Shown here in pieces: positions 46,984 through 60,300 of a stretch of 64,000 nucleotides of DNA. Source of the stretch: Rhynchopus sp. YZ270_cl-10. Taxonomy: Eukaryota. The notes below the pieces were generated by a model, which did no database searches, was not told the origin of the DNA, and saw only the letters and a program-made list of their open reading frames with translations. The stretch lies in the NCBI GenBank assembly GCA_964035575.1, contig OZ037835.1:2170001-2234000 (forward strand). The letters run 5' to 3'. Every line of letters begins with the position of its first letter. The stretch's first letter is position 1. The translations under genes were made by a program, and so were the position numbers.

Positions 46984-49804
46984 CACGGATGCTGCCAGAT
47001 CTGGCCAGATCTCCAGATCTGGGCCTCCCAGATCTGGCCAGATCTGGAAATTTTTTTTTTTTTTTTGAAAAAAAAAATTTTCCCAGACGTCCCAGATCTG
47101 GCCAGATCTGGCCAGATCTGGCCACATCTGGGAGATCTGGGACGTCTGGGAAAATTTTTTTTTCCAGGTACCCCCAATGACATAACGAAGTATCGCTTGA
47201 AGTACCGTTCAATATACGTTGCTCGTGTGTGCAAGTTACGAAGTAGGACACACAAGGTATATCAAACGATAAATCAATCAGATAAACGTTACATCATTGG
47301 AAAATTGTTGGCACCGCCGCCCTGTCTTCGTATTTATTACGTCGACAGGCCAAACAGCGTTGGGCTCAGAAGAAGCAGTGCAAAACACTGGGGATCAACA
47401 TGAGAACCAACTCCCAACAACACAGGCTACCGAAGTAGCAGGTGGGGTGTTGCGGGTGTTTGGGGTGAAAGAAAATCGATTTTGGTAAGTTACAGCAGAA
47501 AATTCTTAAGTTTGCACAATTGAGAAGGGTGTTACCACTGCCTAATATTATTCGTACATGTGAACCGGTAAGGTCGAGAAGGGTGGACACGGCATACAAG
47601 TACAAGTACAAGTAAGACGTACCTTCTACAAAGGCTGAATTCGCAATTCTTAAGGGATTGAATTCAGCCCCCACGTGGTGTTTTTGAGAAAATCATTCCA
47701 TGGTATACAGCTAATGGTTCCCGAAGAATGATTCGCCCCTCCTCGTTCATGCAAACTTAAGAAAATTCTGAAGTAACTACAACCTGGCGTGCGGGTACAG
47801 ATGCATTGCTTTGTTCTTTCCTCAAAGTCATGTGTGATCTCTCGGGTCTGTACTAAAGTCAGTGTTTAGATAAGCATCCACTTGACTCGTTCTAACAACC
47901 GTTGAAATCTAGAACAAAACAATACACTGCCCCTTCTCACACCAAGCCGCCATGCTTCAAGAGCATGCCCTGGGCAAAAATTACTCTGACAAAAATTGGT
48001 TTTCTGGGGGAACGCAATATTTTCTTGTGCCTAGTCCTCCGCAAGAGCAGAGGACAGACTTTCCGGATCCCGAAGTCGAATTTCTTGCACTAGCTATGCT
48101 CCCTGGGTTAAATGGCTATAGCAGTGACTGACTAAGAGGTTCATAATAATTAGGGTGGTCTATGGGGTGGGTTAATGGAAAAGTTGGTATATAAACCCGA
48201 CTTTTACGATCGCCACCTGGTTTTCAAATAATTGCACCAGCTCTTCCGTCGGCACTGCTTCGCTGTCACGATGAAGGGTCGTCGGTTCGGGTACCTGTTA
48301 AGAGAAATTGAATGTAAAAGTAGAGACTACAACAAAAAAACAAACAAACAAACAAGAAGCCGCCCCGTACCCCTTAAACGTAAAAGTGACATTTTTGTTG
48401 ACAAAAAAAAAAAAAAATAGCTAAAAAATAGCGGACATGTCGAAAAGGGAGAAAACCGGGGGGGTTAAAAACATACCTTGCACTCGGCCCACTCTCCAGG
48501 TACAAAGAACATCACTGCATGACAAACCCACTACTACAATAGAAAATAACTATTTTTTACCGAACAGAAAGGTCGTTTTTTTTGATGAGTGTTTTCTGAG
48601 TGCACACTCAGTGGGGACAAAATGCAACACTTACCGAAAAAATTCTCCAATCGGACAAAAACCTTTCTAAACACCCAAAAAAAACACCTCAGTCCACATC
48701 CGCTGGGGTCGCGAGATGGAAATATATGGTTTTACAGCTTTTGGGGGGTCTAGCGTGGGTCCCAGATGCATTTTGCAACGGGTCTGTGTGTGTGTGTGTG
48801 CCTCAACCGCTTCACAGTACCCTTTTTTGTAACTGAAAACGACGCATCCTGTACCTAAGTGCACTGAAGCCTTGCTTGCGTCCTCCTTCGTGGTTTTGGG
48901 CGTTCGCATGCGAGAATCATTATCGCATTCGCACATGTAATTCTCGCATCATCACGGAGAGGATTTTAGCGTTACGTGACCACAAAAAAAGTGCACAAAA
49001 TTAGTTTGGTCAAAAATCACCTTGCGAAAAAGTACCCAAAAAGCACGGCTATAAAAACGCTAAGGAAAAATCGATATTCATTTTTTGGGCAGAGAAGTGC
49101 GTTTTAGGCGCCCACAGATGGTCAAAACATCAAAATTTTTGTGTTTTTGGCATCTTTGGACACCCAAGGACCCACTATCAGGGGTGAATTTTTTTTGCCT
49201 GAGATTTGCCTTTGCCAAAAATCGAAAAAAAAAATTATGAAGGAAATTGCTAAGAAAAAGTCGAAATTGTGGGCCCCTGTAGTGCATATGGCGGTACCCC
49301 AGATCGTCAAAACACCCGACTCTTGCGTTTTTTTGCACTTTTTTGGTGCACAAAAACCCTACTCAGGGGTCAAAATTTTCCCGGGAAAAAAATTTTTTTT
49401 TTCGAGATTTTTCAAAAATCGACTTGTCTTTGGTAAAAACCACGAAATTTCGGGTGCGCGAAACCACGTTTTAGACCCCCACAGATGCTCAAAAGTGTCA
49501 AATTTTGCTTTTAACGGCCTCAAATCGTCGAAATTAGCCCTATATAGGGGCGAAAAAAAAAATTCGAGAGTCCCTTTCCCTGGGAGACAATAGCCAGAAA
49601 TCTGAGAAAAAAAAAAAAAAAAGGCCAGATTTCCAGATCTGGCCAGATCTGGCCAGATCTGGGGTTTTTTTTTTTTTTTTGAAAAAAAAAATTTCCCAGA
49701 TTCCCAGATCTGTCCAGATCTGGAAACAAGATCTCCACATCTGGAAAACGAGCCAGATCTGGGAAATTGGCCCCCAAATCTGGCCAGATCTGGCAGCATC
49801 CGTG
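46984..49804. mobile_element. Non-autonomous DNA transposon with TIRs, subterminal CCAGATCTGG arrays and 6-bp TSD
   Basis: CACGGATGCTGCCAGATCTGGCCAGAT ... ATCTGGCCAGATCTGGCAGCATCCGTG, with TTCTGA immediately on both sides. Confidence 0.9.
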
Positions 49805-49857
49805 TTCTGAAGTGACCTTTTTTATTTTTTTGAAATCCGAAGGTCACTTCGAAGTGA

Positions 49858-50102
49858 CCTTAGCTCCTTAGCTCCTTAGCTCCTTAGCTCCTTAGCTCCT
49901 TAGCTCCTTAGCTCCTTAGCTCCTTAGCTCCTTAGCTCCTTAGCTCCTTAGCTCCTTAGCTCCTTAGCTCCTTAGCTCCTTAGCTCCTTAGCTCCTTAGC
50001 TCCTTAGCTCCTTAGCTCCTTAGCTCCTTAGCTCCTTAGCTCCTTAGCTCCTTAGCTCCTTAGCTCCTTAGCTCCTTAGCTCCTTAGCTCCTTAGCTCCT
50101 TA
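49858..50102. repeat. (CCTTAGCT)n tandem repeat, ~30 copies
   Basis: Direct reading. Confidence 0.97.
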
Positions 50103-50123
50103 AAAAGAAGTGTACACCTATCC

Positions 50124-50228
50124 GGGGACCATTTTTTACAAAGGGGACCATTTTTTACAGGGGACCATTTTTTACAGGGGACCATTTTTTACAGGGGACC
50201 ATTTTTTACAAGGGGACCATTTTTTACA
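50124..50228. repeat. GGGGACCATTTTTTACA 16-18 bp repeat x6 (subterminal-repeat-like)
   Basis: Direct reading, ~750 bp upstream of the hAT transposase. Confidence 0.85.
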
Positions 50229-50986
50229 CATTACAACACACTTGTCCTTTCTTTTTACCCTCCCTCCCTCCCCCTTTCCTTTGTTTTATTGTGAGCCTTC
50301 ACGCCTCCACGGGGCGGTCCCTGGGCAACGGTAGAGGAGTGCAGGCCGGCGAAGCGCAAGGCGTAGTGTGTCTTGTCCTTCTTTGTTTTCGTTTTTTGGT
50401 TTTTGCTTTTTTAAAAATGAGGAGGAAGGCCCTTTTGGGGGCGTTGTGGGTGGTGCTGCATGTCTGCATCAGCAGCAGCAGCAGGAGCTACACCAGCAGC
50501 AACAACAAGAGCAGCAACAGCAGCAACAGCAGCAACAGCAGCAACAGCAGCAACAGCAGCAACAGCAGCATATACTACACCAGCTGCAACTGCAGCTTGT
50601 CCGTCAGGCGGTTAGGAAGATAGCAGGGGAGGCCGGATACTGCGACACCTGGGGCAAGACCAGCGCGGTCATCGTCGTTCGGGAAGGCAGGGTCAGCTGG
50701 GGAACCCCTTCTCGGGATCAGCTGGAGGAGGAGGTGCAGTGTTGTGGCAGTGTCTTTTTTGTGTCTTTTTTGATGTGTCTTTTTTGGTCTTTTTTGGTCT
50801 TTTTTGGTCTTTTTTGGTCTTTTTTGCCAGCATTTTCGGTCTTTTTTGGTCTTTTTTGAGCGCACGTTTTTGGGGTTATGGTGCTTATGAGCCCATGGAG
50901 CTGAGCTGAAAAGGGATCCCGCAAACATCACAAACACCCACACTTACAGAGTATCAACACAGACTAATCAGGGGAATAATAATAAA

Positions 50987-53066
50987 ATGCCAGGGAGGAA
51001 GAGCTGCTGGAGCCGCGAGGAGTACGTGGAGGTGACGGAGAACGAGGTTGACTACCTCGAGTGCAAGGGGGAGGGCTGCGGGTACAGGTTGGCGAAGAAC
51101 GGCATTTCAGCCACACGGATGAAGAAGCACATCGTGGAGGACTGCCCGAAGAAGAGTGACAGGGCGAAACAGAGGATCGAAGAGGAAGAAGAGCGGGCGA
51201 AAAGATCCCGCTCCGACACGACGGCACCGGCTGAAGCGCCTGCTGCAAAGAGGGCGAAGCTCGAAAAGAGCCAAACCCGCATCCCCTGCATCCCTGCACC
51301 GAACGCGAAGGAGATCGAGGAGATGCATCTCGCCTGGGCGAAGTTCGTGTTCGCCGCAGGGGTGCCCTTCTCGGTAGTCGATAGTCCACTTTTTATTGAG
51401 GCCATGATGGCAACGAGACCAGGGCTAAAAAAAGAACACATACCCAGCCGACACGTCATCTCCACAACTTTGCTGGACAAGGTGCACACCACCATCTGTG
51501 TTCCGAAGTTTGATAAGCTCGCAAAAAACGAGCACATCTCCCTCCAGTCGGACACCTGGAAAAATTCGCGAGCAGAAAAAGTTTTTGCGTGCGCCGGAAC
51601 AGCAGGGGAGCAGGCAGGATTGATCGTGAACAGCGGGATCTTACAACAAAAACAACACAACGCGCAGGAGCTTCTTTCACACCTCACGCAAACACCAGAA
51701 AAATTTCAAAAAAAAGCTGTTGCACTCATTTCAGATGGAGATACGACAGCTACCAAGGCAAACAAACTCTTCAAAGCCGAACTAAAAAAAAAGAACATTG
51801 ACGTGCACACCATTGTCTGCGCTGCCCATACTGTACAACGCATGGTGAATGACTGTCTCGGGACCAAGAAATCCAAAGGCAACGAAACGGGACAGGAATT
51901 CAACTACGTGACAAAGTTGCTGAACAGCGTTGTAGCGTCTCTGAAGAATGTTGACTACCTCAGGGCTGTTTTGAAGGAAAAACAGACTGAACTGAGTCAG
52001 CGAACGAACGCGCCAAAGCTTATGGCGATTACCAGATGGACTACAACGTCAAAGCTGTTCGACTTCGTCGCGCAATACCGAGAGGCTCTGTTGCTTGTTG
52101 CCGATGATGAGGAAGCACTCGCCCGCTGCCCAGATATTCTTAAAGTCTGCAACAGCATGCCTCTGATTCGCGCGATTCACAAATTTGTGGAGAAGGCTGG
52201 TGTTGTGGTCAACTTGTTGCAGTCGGATTCGTGTAGGATTGGGTTTGTGATTCCGCTTCTTGAGCAAGCTCTGAGTGCAGCAAAAGAGACGAAGGCAGCT
52301 TTGGCAACGGTGGAAGACAAACAGAAAATGGAGAACGTTATTAAAAAAATCCAAGTGCGTGTTTCTCGCTACATCACTCACGAGGACGGTGTTTTCTCCG
52401 CTGCGACTCTTCTCAACCCATTTTTTCAGGTATACTTCAGCCATATTGATCCCAACAACAACAACAATCACACAGGTGTACAAAGAAGCAAAGGACCTGC
52501 CAGCAAAACACCCGCTGACCAAACTGGCAGGTTGGGCTCCGTGTGCAGAGGTGAAGAAGAACGCCTCTGCCTACCTCAAAAAACTGGGGGGCGCGGCACT
52601 GTCGGCGTGTCTGATCGAGTTTCGCACTGCATCCGGCATTTTTGCAAATGACGGGATGTGGGATCTTGCGAAGACCAAGACACCAGAGGAGTGGTGGAGG
52701 ATATTCTTGCTGGAGGTGCAGAGCGATGGAGGGAGCGAGAAAGACGTGAAGCTCTGCAGGATTGGGTACAGAGTGTCGGGGATCCGAGCCTCGAGTGCCG
52801 AACTCGAACGGCAATTCAGCACAATGGGCTGGATGTCGCAGTTGCGGAGGAATCGACTCCTCTCGGCGCGAGTGACGAAGCTGACGCAGATTCACAGTTG
52901 CCTCCGCACTGGCAAAGGTGACTCCTGGTTTGAAATCGAGGGTGCCAAACCAGGAGAACCTGTGATTGACTGCGACGCAGAAGCAGAAGCAGAAGCTCCT
53001 GAAGTCGAGGCAGCTCCTGCTGAAGGAAACGACAGCGATGAAGATGAAGAGTCGGTTGAGTGGTGA
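50987..53066 (+). CDS. hAT transposase (BED finger, DDE core, C-terminal dimerisation domain); exons 50987-52429 and 52476-53066, 677 aa
   Basis: BED-like CKGEGC..MKKHIVEDC; FVFAAGVPFSVVDSPLF; SLQSDTW; ISDGD; CAAHTVQ; ITRWTT; ATLLNP; PEEWW; SSAELERQFSTMGW..RRNRL. A 46-nt GT..AG intron joins the two ORFs in frame. Confidence 0.9.
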
Positions 53067-53356
53067 AAGGTTTTCCATTTTTAGTTTTAGTTTTAGTTTC
53101 AGAATTTAGATTCAGCTTTAGGAAAACCTGCGATTTGTGTTCAAAACGCGTGGAGTGCTTTTTTTTCTGCAAGGTAGAGTCCCTCTATGTCTTTTTTGTG
53201 TCTTTTTTGTGTCTTTTATGGTCTTTTTTGGCCTTTTTTGGTCTTTTATGGTCTTTTTTGGTCTTTTTTGCCAGGACCCTGTCTTTTTACAACACTGAGG
53301 AGGTGGGGCGACAGGCCGAGGCGGCAGACACCGAGGTGCGTGTGAAGGTGGAGGAG

Positions 53357-54223
53357 ATGGATGATGATGAGCAGGAGCAGGAGGAGGACCTCGACACCGC
53401 GATGGAGGGGGCGGATCGCTCGCATTCTCTGTCAGTGGAAGGCATCCCTGACCAGAAGAAGCAAGCGAGGGTGAGGGAATTGCTGAGGGCGCAGAGCGAG
53501 GCTTGGATGTGGACGGAGGAGGAGCGGACGGAGAGGGGGGGTCTTTTCCCGTGCCTCACCATGGGGTCGCCGGTGCCTTCTTCTGTGACGAAGTGGATCT
53601 CCCTGTTCCACTACCGTCAGGGAGAGAAACAGGATGGCAGACCCTTGTTGTCACTCCCCCTCTCTACAGCTACTTTCACTCAGTGGTATGAAGTGATGAA
53701 GGTGGTGGGTTTGCATGAGTGGTCGGTTAAGGAAAAGTGCAAGGCAAAGTCGACGTTGCATGCCCTGACGGACAACCGGAGCAGTAGGGGGCAGGCCTTT
53801 GCAGCGGAGAGTACAAGGAGGGAGAATGAGGCACGAGCGGCTCGAGAGGGAATAGGCCGACAACCTCAAGCTTCCTCTTCTTCTTCTTCTTCCTCCACCT
53901 CTGCAGGCCGTGGCACTACAACCTCCATCGCCCAACCTGCAGTCTCCACTTCTTCCTCCTCCTCATCGGCAGTCCGTGGCAATGCAACCTCCTCCGCCCA
54001 ACCTGCTCCTTCCCCAGCTCCCAAAGGACCCCAGCGCCATGCAGCTCAGGGTAGGTCCAACACGTCGAACGTGTTCACCGACGCAGTGGCACAAGCGACG
54101 CAGCATGTGCTCTCGCCCCAGGTGGTGCAGAGAGGGCGCAATGGTCGCGGTGGTGGACAGAAGGGGAGACAGAGCGGAGGAAAGCAGGGGCAAAAGGGGA
54201 ATAAGAGGAATAAGAGGAATTAG
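53357..54223 (+). CDS. Hypothetical protein with acidic N-terminus and Ser/Gly/basic low-complexity tail; start uncertain
   Basis: Long GC-rich open frame directly after the transposase; no family recognised. Confidence 0.35.
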   Translation: MDDDEQEQEEDLDTAMEGADRSHSLSVEGIPDQKKQARVRELLRAQSEAWMWTEEERTERGGLFPCLTMGSPVPSSVTKWISLFHYRQGEKQDGRPLLSLPLSTATFTQWYEVMKVVGLHEWSVKEKCKAKSTLHALTDNRSSRGQAFAAESTRRENEARAAREGIGRQPQASSSSSSSSTSAGRGTTTSIAQPAVSTSSSSSSAVRGNATSSAQPAPSPAPKGPQRHAAQGRSNTSNVFTDAVAQATQHVLSPQVVQRGRNGRGGGQKGRQSGGKQGQKGNKRNKRN

Positions 54224-54329
54224 AGCTGGCGGGGTCGGACGATTTGATTGGAGCATCAGAAGTGTCCTAATCGGTAAAATGTCGCAAAATTATGGGCAAA
54301 ATGCCTTTATACCCTATCTAAGCAATTAG

Positions 54330-57300
54330 AATATGCTCGAAAATGCAATAATCTTGGGTATATGGGGTTTTTGGGCACATCTGAGTTCATTGCGGGGTCG
54401 CACGATCAGATTAGAGCATCACATAATGTCTAGAATTTTACCTGTGTAACAAATACCTGTATTTTGGTGTAAAATGCATACAACCATATCTGAATACCTC
54501 AAATGTGCACGAAAATGAAGAAATCTTGGGTATATAGGGTTTTTGGGCCAATCTGAGTCAATTGCGGCGTCGCACGATCGTATCCGAGCATCACACAATA
54601 CCTAGAATTTCAACATTGTCTATTTTGGGGAAAATGGCTTATAACCATATGTAAGTAGCTTAAAAATGCTCGAAAATGCAAAAATCTTGGGAATATGGGG
54701 TTTTTGGGCACATCTGAGTTCATTGCGGGGTCGTACGATCAGATCCGAGTATCACACAATGTCTAGAATTTCAAATATGCAACAAACACCTGTATTTTGG
54801 TGTAAAATGCATATAACCATATCTGAATGTCTCAAATACGCACGAAAATGCAAAAATCTTGGGTATATGGGGTTTTTGGGCACTTTTGAGTCAATTGCGG
54901 GGTCGCACGATCAGATTAGAGCATCACATAATGTCTCAAATTTTACAGGTGCAACAAACACCTGTATTTTGGTGTAAAATGCATATAACCATATCTAAAT
55001 ACCTCAAATATGCACGAAAATGCATAAATCTTAGGAATATAGGGTTTTTGGGCCAATCTGAGTCAATTGCGGGGTTGCACGGTCAAATCCGAGTATCAGG
55101 CCCTCTCTACAACTTAGCTGGTGCTCAAACATTGGGGTTACAGGCAAATGGGTTTGCAAATTTACCTGTACACAGGCATATGACCTCTGTACGAACCTTA
55201 TTTTCACTCTAAAATGCATTTTTCTTGGGTATATGGGGTATTTGAGCACATCTGAGTCAATTGCGGGGTCGTACGGTCAGATCCGAGCATCACACAATGT
55301 CTAACTGAGAAATATTTTGAAAAAAGTCGATTTTTTGGTGAAAATATTTTTCACAGAAAATCGAATTTTACTATTAAGATTGGCTTTGGGCATGACCCAG
55401 TAAGGTTACTATGGGCCCCATGGGACATATACACCCGAATACCAGGCCGTATTTTCAAAAAGTTGATAATCCCAGTATATGGTATGGCCCTGTGGTACGA
55501 AATTTTTGGCCGAAAAAATCGACCAAAAAATCGTCATTTTTGGGGGTCACGGTGACAAAAAGTTGCATTTTTTCACGAAAAATGGTCGGAATGTGACTTG
55601 AATGGGCTCTAATGGGTATATTATGCACATAACATACCTAAATTATGTCGATATTTCACCGGCGGAGCCGAAAAAATCGATTTTCAGGGTGTGCAAAACT
55701 GTAAAAATCACCAAAATCCCAAAAATCACGATTTTTTTTCAAAAATATTTTTTTCAAAAAAATCGATTTTAAAATATTGGTTTGGCTTGTGCGGGGACCT
55801 GAATCTGGGGCAACATACCCTGTGGGACATACTGGGCCCGATGCAATGCCGATTTTTCAAAAATATGGTTGCCCCGGTAGACGGTATGGCCCTGCAGGTC
55901 AGTGCATCGGGCCAAAAATCATGAAAAAATCATGATTTTGGGGTCTGGCACCCCATGGGCACATATATCTGGGGGTGTGAAATATGCATGGAATCGACCG
56001 ATTGGGGGTGTTATAGGTCCTGGGGGCCCACATGGGCCATATTTCACGCTATTGGGTCACGGGAAAGTGATTTTGACATTTTTTCATCGATTTTAGCTGT
56101 GAGAACCCTTCAAAAACACTGATTTTGGGGTGTTTCTGAGACGGTACGCTATACCCAGGGTCATATTAGGTATTAGTCCGGTCGACTTTTTGAAAAAACG
56201 ACCCCGCAATGGACTCAGGGGTGCCAGATAGTGTATATGCACCAGAATGGATTCACGGAAAAAGTCAAAATTGGGTGTCAGATACATGCTGCCATAAGTG
56301 ACGAATTTCAAAAGTTGAGATTTTTCGAAAATCAGGGTTCAGTACACGCTGTACCCAATCCTGGGGGCCAAAATTTTCAACTTTTTGAAAAAACGGGCGG
56401 TATATGGCCCTAAAGTGTCAAAATGAGTTAATTGCGACCTCGGACGGCCTCCGGAGATGAGTAGAAGTTTATTTACTGAAAAAAAAAGTCAAAACACAGG
56501 CAAAATCCCACCTTCCACAGGTACAGTCAAAACTTTTATCCAGATCTCATGTTTTTTCAAAAAATTTTAAATTGTTTTTATGACTAACACCTCCGAAATT
56601 TTTCCTGATAAGATGGAATATGGTCCTGTCGTAGTATGCAGTGTGTTTGCAGGCAAAAATTTGCATTTTCTCGCCCCAGACATTTTTTTATACATAAAAG
56701 TGCATAAAGGGACCCCTGACCCCAAAATCCGGGTTCCAGCTTTTTGAAGGGGTCACCCTACAGGCCACCTCAAAAAGTTGGCCCGTAGGGCCAACTTTTT
56801 GAAAAAACGGGGTTGCGATGTGTCCTGGGGGCCCGAAGGGCCCCCAGGACACATCGCTGGGAAAAAAATATTAGGTTTTTGGGGGTCTATATAGGGTTGC
56901 TGTGGGGGTCACATGGCCGAAAAATGGCCATTTTTGGCCTATTTTTGGCCATTTTTTTAAGGTAAAAAATCCACTTTTTTTTTGTACATCCCCTTGCCCC
57001 CGGTAAAATTTACCAAACATATGGCCCTGTTGGACATACTGGGCCCATGAGTCGGTCGCTGGATCACCAAACTAGTTGCCCTATTTGCTAAAATCATGTT
57101 TTCAGGGTCAAAAATAGGGTGTTTTTTAGGGTCAAAAATAGGGTGTTTTTCAGGGGTATGTTAACCACGTATGTGTCTTAGGGACCAAATTTTCCAGGAA
57201 TGTGAACCAATCGGGTCGCAATGGGTCCAGGGGGCCCGGAGGGCCCCCATGCAGGGAAAATTTGCAACAATCCTGGGCAATGCTGGGGGCCGATAGGGTG

Positions 57301-60300
57301 TGCCTATACACGTGTTTTTACGTGTTTTTGGGCACTTTTCAGGATTTTCGAAAATTTTTGCAACACCAAAATCAAAAATTTCGGTCTAGGAGGCCCATAT
57401 CTGGAAAAAATCGATATTCCAATGGCCTCATTGGGACATATTGGGCCCAGGACCCTATTTCAGGTCCCAGGAAAAGCCAAAACAATAAAAAAAATAGCTC
57501 AGGCGACCCCCAAAAATAGGCGAAAAACAGCCATTTTTAGGGTGTTTTTTAGGGGTATTTTTACACAAATTGTTTACCATAGCACACCCCCAGGCTGCCT
57601 CAAAATTTTATCTTTATTTGAGTTTTCCAACCCACATAGGGGTATTGGAGGCACAACTTTCACCAAGCCTGGGGAATTCGGCACTGCACACACACAACTG
57701 AAAAAGGCAAAAATCACCTGTTTTTCAAGGTGTCGCAGGGTAAATGTTGTTCCTTAAAAACCAAATATTTTCTAAAAAATCGGCCCTGCGGGTGAAAAAA
57801 CGACACTATGGGGGGTATTCCAGGGTGTGGGGGCCCCAAAAATCCGGTTTAAGACCACGAGAGGGTCCGAATACACACCTGAGAAGGTCCCGGGGAGTAA
57901 AAAAATGGCCATTTTTGGGGGGTCAAAATCTCACTTTTTGGGGGGATGTTTGTATACCCAGTACCGACCCACTAGCTGGGATGCCCAACTTTTCGCGAAT
58001 ATGGGGGCCCGTAGGGCCCCCGGGGCCCAGGGGGCCCAAAATATCGTGTTGCAGATGCCAGGAGAACATGTTTCAATATTTTGGATACATTTTTCCATAG
58101 GGTCATTTTCAAAAGCACTGATTTTAGGGGTATTGAGCGAGGTACCCATACCCATGGGTTATCCTATATATTAGTTTTCACTCGGATGTGAAAAAACGAT
58201 GTCGCAATGGATTAAGGGGACCCAAATAGGGTATATGGCCCAGGAAATCTTCAAAAAGTTGACCCAACCAGGTATACAGGCATACAAGCCGGTAGGTCAA
58301 CAGATAGGGTGTTTTCCGCACCCAAAATATGGGGTCATGACCATGTGGGTCAGACCTGAATTGATAAATGTTTCGCACAGGTTTTCGCGAATACCCCCTC
58401 TATTCCGAATGCGCTACAAGAGTTTTAAATTTTTGGCTATTTAGATTCACTTTTAAAAACAAAATGGGTCTCCAGAACACACATGAGGTTCACATGTACC
58501 TCTACAGAAACCTTGGTTTTGGTCGGATTTTGAGGCCAATTTTTGGGTTCCCACCAATTTCCTAGGGTATACTGGGATATTGCCCGTGTGTCCAAAAGTG
58601 ATTTTTGGGGCCTTAGGACCCCGGAGAATCCATTTAACGGTCGTTTTTGCACCGGAAAGACCTATCTAGTACCCAAAAATCGAATTTTCATATTTTTGAA
58701 AAAGTGACCAAAAATCGACTTTTTTTGGTAACATTGTATGGCATAAATTATTCTACATAATGTGTGATGCTTGAATAAAAACTTACGACCCCATAATGTA
58801 CTCGGAACTCACCCATGTAATTGTTGAGAAAAAAAAACTTTCCGAAAAAATGAAATTTCAACCCGAATATGCACATTTGGGTCATTTTACGGCTATGTAG
58901 GTCATTTTGTATGTGTTTTTCGATTATATAGGTGATTAGGATATGTGTGATGCTCAGATTAAATCGTAAGGCCCCGCAATTGACTCAAATGTGCCCAAAA
59001 ACCCTATATACCCAAGATTATTAACTTTTCCAGCATATTGGACATCCTTAGGTATGGTTATAAGCCATGATACGGCTATTGCTGGAAAAATAGCCATAAA
59101 TTGTGGTTGGTATTGATTTCAGAAATTATGTGATGCTTAGATCATGCCATAGACGCTTTTAATGGATTCATATGAGCTCATACTACCCATATACCCCTTC
59201 AGAAGCCCCTTTTGACTCTTATGAATATCCTTATATAGGCTTCCACTTGTGCAGAACCTTCTCAGTGTACAAGATGTTAGGTACAAAAAAACCATCATAT
59301 TTTTTACACTACTGGCATGCTTCCCAGGACACGTCTGTACTCAGAACGTTGTAGAGAAAAAAGGCAACCAACGATTTCTAAAGCTACAGTTTCTGTACTT
59401 CATTGGTATGGAAGCATGAAGATTATATTCTTCTCACACAACTTTGTCAAAACATGTCCAGTTTCGAAAGAGACTGGCCTTTTTTACGTTAGCATCACCT
59501 TCTGCAAACCCCAAAAAACACACATGATTCCCATCACACACAAGTGCTTGCTGCAACCCATTTGTATATCGCCTGCAAAACCATGTGTGCAACCATTTGT
59601 GGCACTGGTACCACATATACCCCTTCAGAAACCACTGTTGACTCTTATGAATATACTTGTGTAAGCCTATCACCTAAGCATATTCTGTGCAGACCCTTCC
59701 CAGTGACCAATAGGTTAGGTACGAAAAAGCGACCATATTTAGGACACTGGAAGAAGGCTTACCAGTTCACGTTGGAGCTTAGAACATTGTAGAGAAAAAA
59801 GGCAACCAACGATTTCTAAAGCTACAGTTTCTGTACTTCATTGGTATGGAAGCATGAAGATTATTCTTCACACACAACTGTCAAACATGGCCAGCCTCGA
59901 AAGAGACTGGCCTTTTTTACGTTAGCACGATTGTCTTTGTGCACAAGAAGCAAACCCAAAAACACACCCAATTCACACCTGACCTAATGCACAAGTGCTT
60001 ACTGCACCCCATTTTTATATCGCCTGCAAAACCATATTTGTGACACTTGTTCCCCTTCAGAAGCCACTGTTGACTCTGTCGAATATCCTTCTGTAGGATC
60101 ACACTTAAGGATATTTTTATGTAGAACCTTCACAGTGACCAAGATGTCAGGTACGAAAAAGCAACCGTATTATAGACATTGGCAGAAGGCTTCCCAGAAC
60201 AAGTGGGTACCTAGAACATTGTAGAGAAAAAGGGCAACCAACGATTTCTAAAGCTACAGTTTCTGTACTTCATTGGTATGGAAGCATGAAGATTATATTC

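Noticed and set aside
58612..58624. CTTAGGACCCCGG as right TIR for the 46264 terminus
   Set aside because: Mismatch near the terminus and no GATACGAC target duplication follows.
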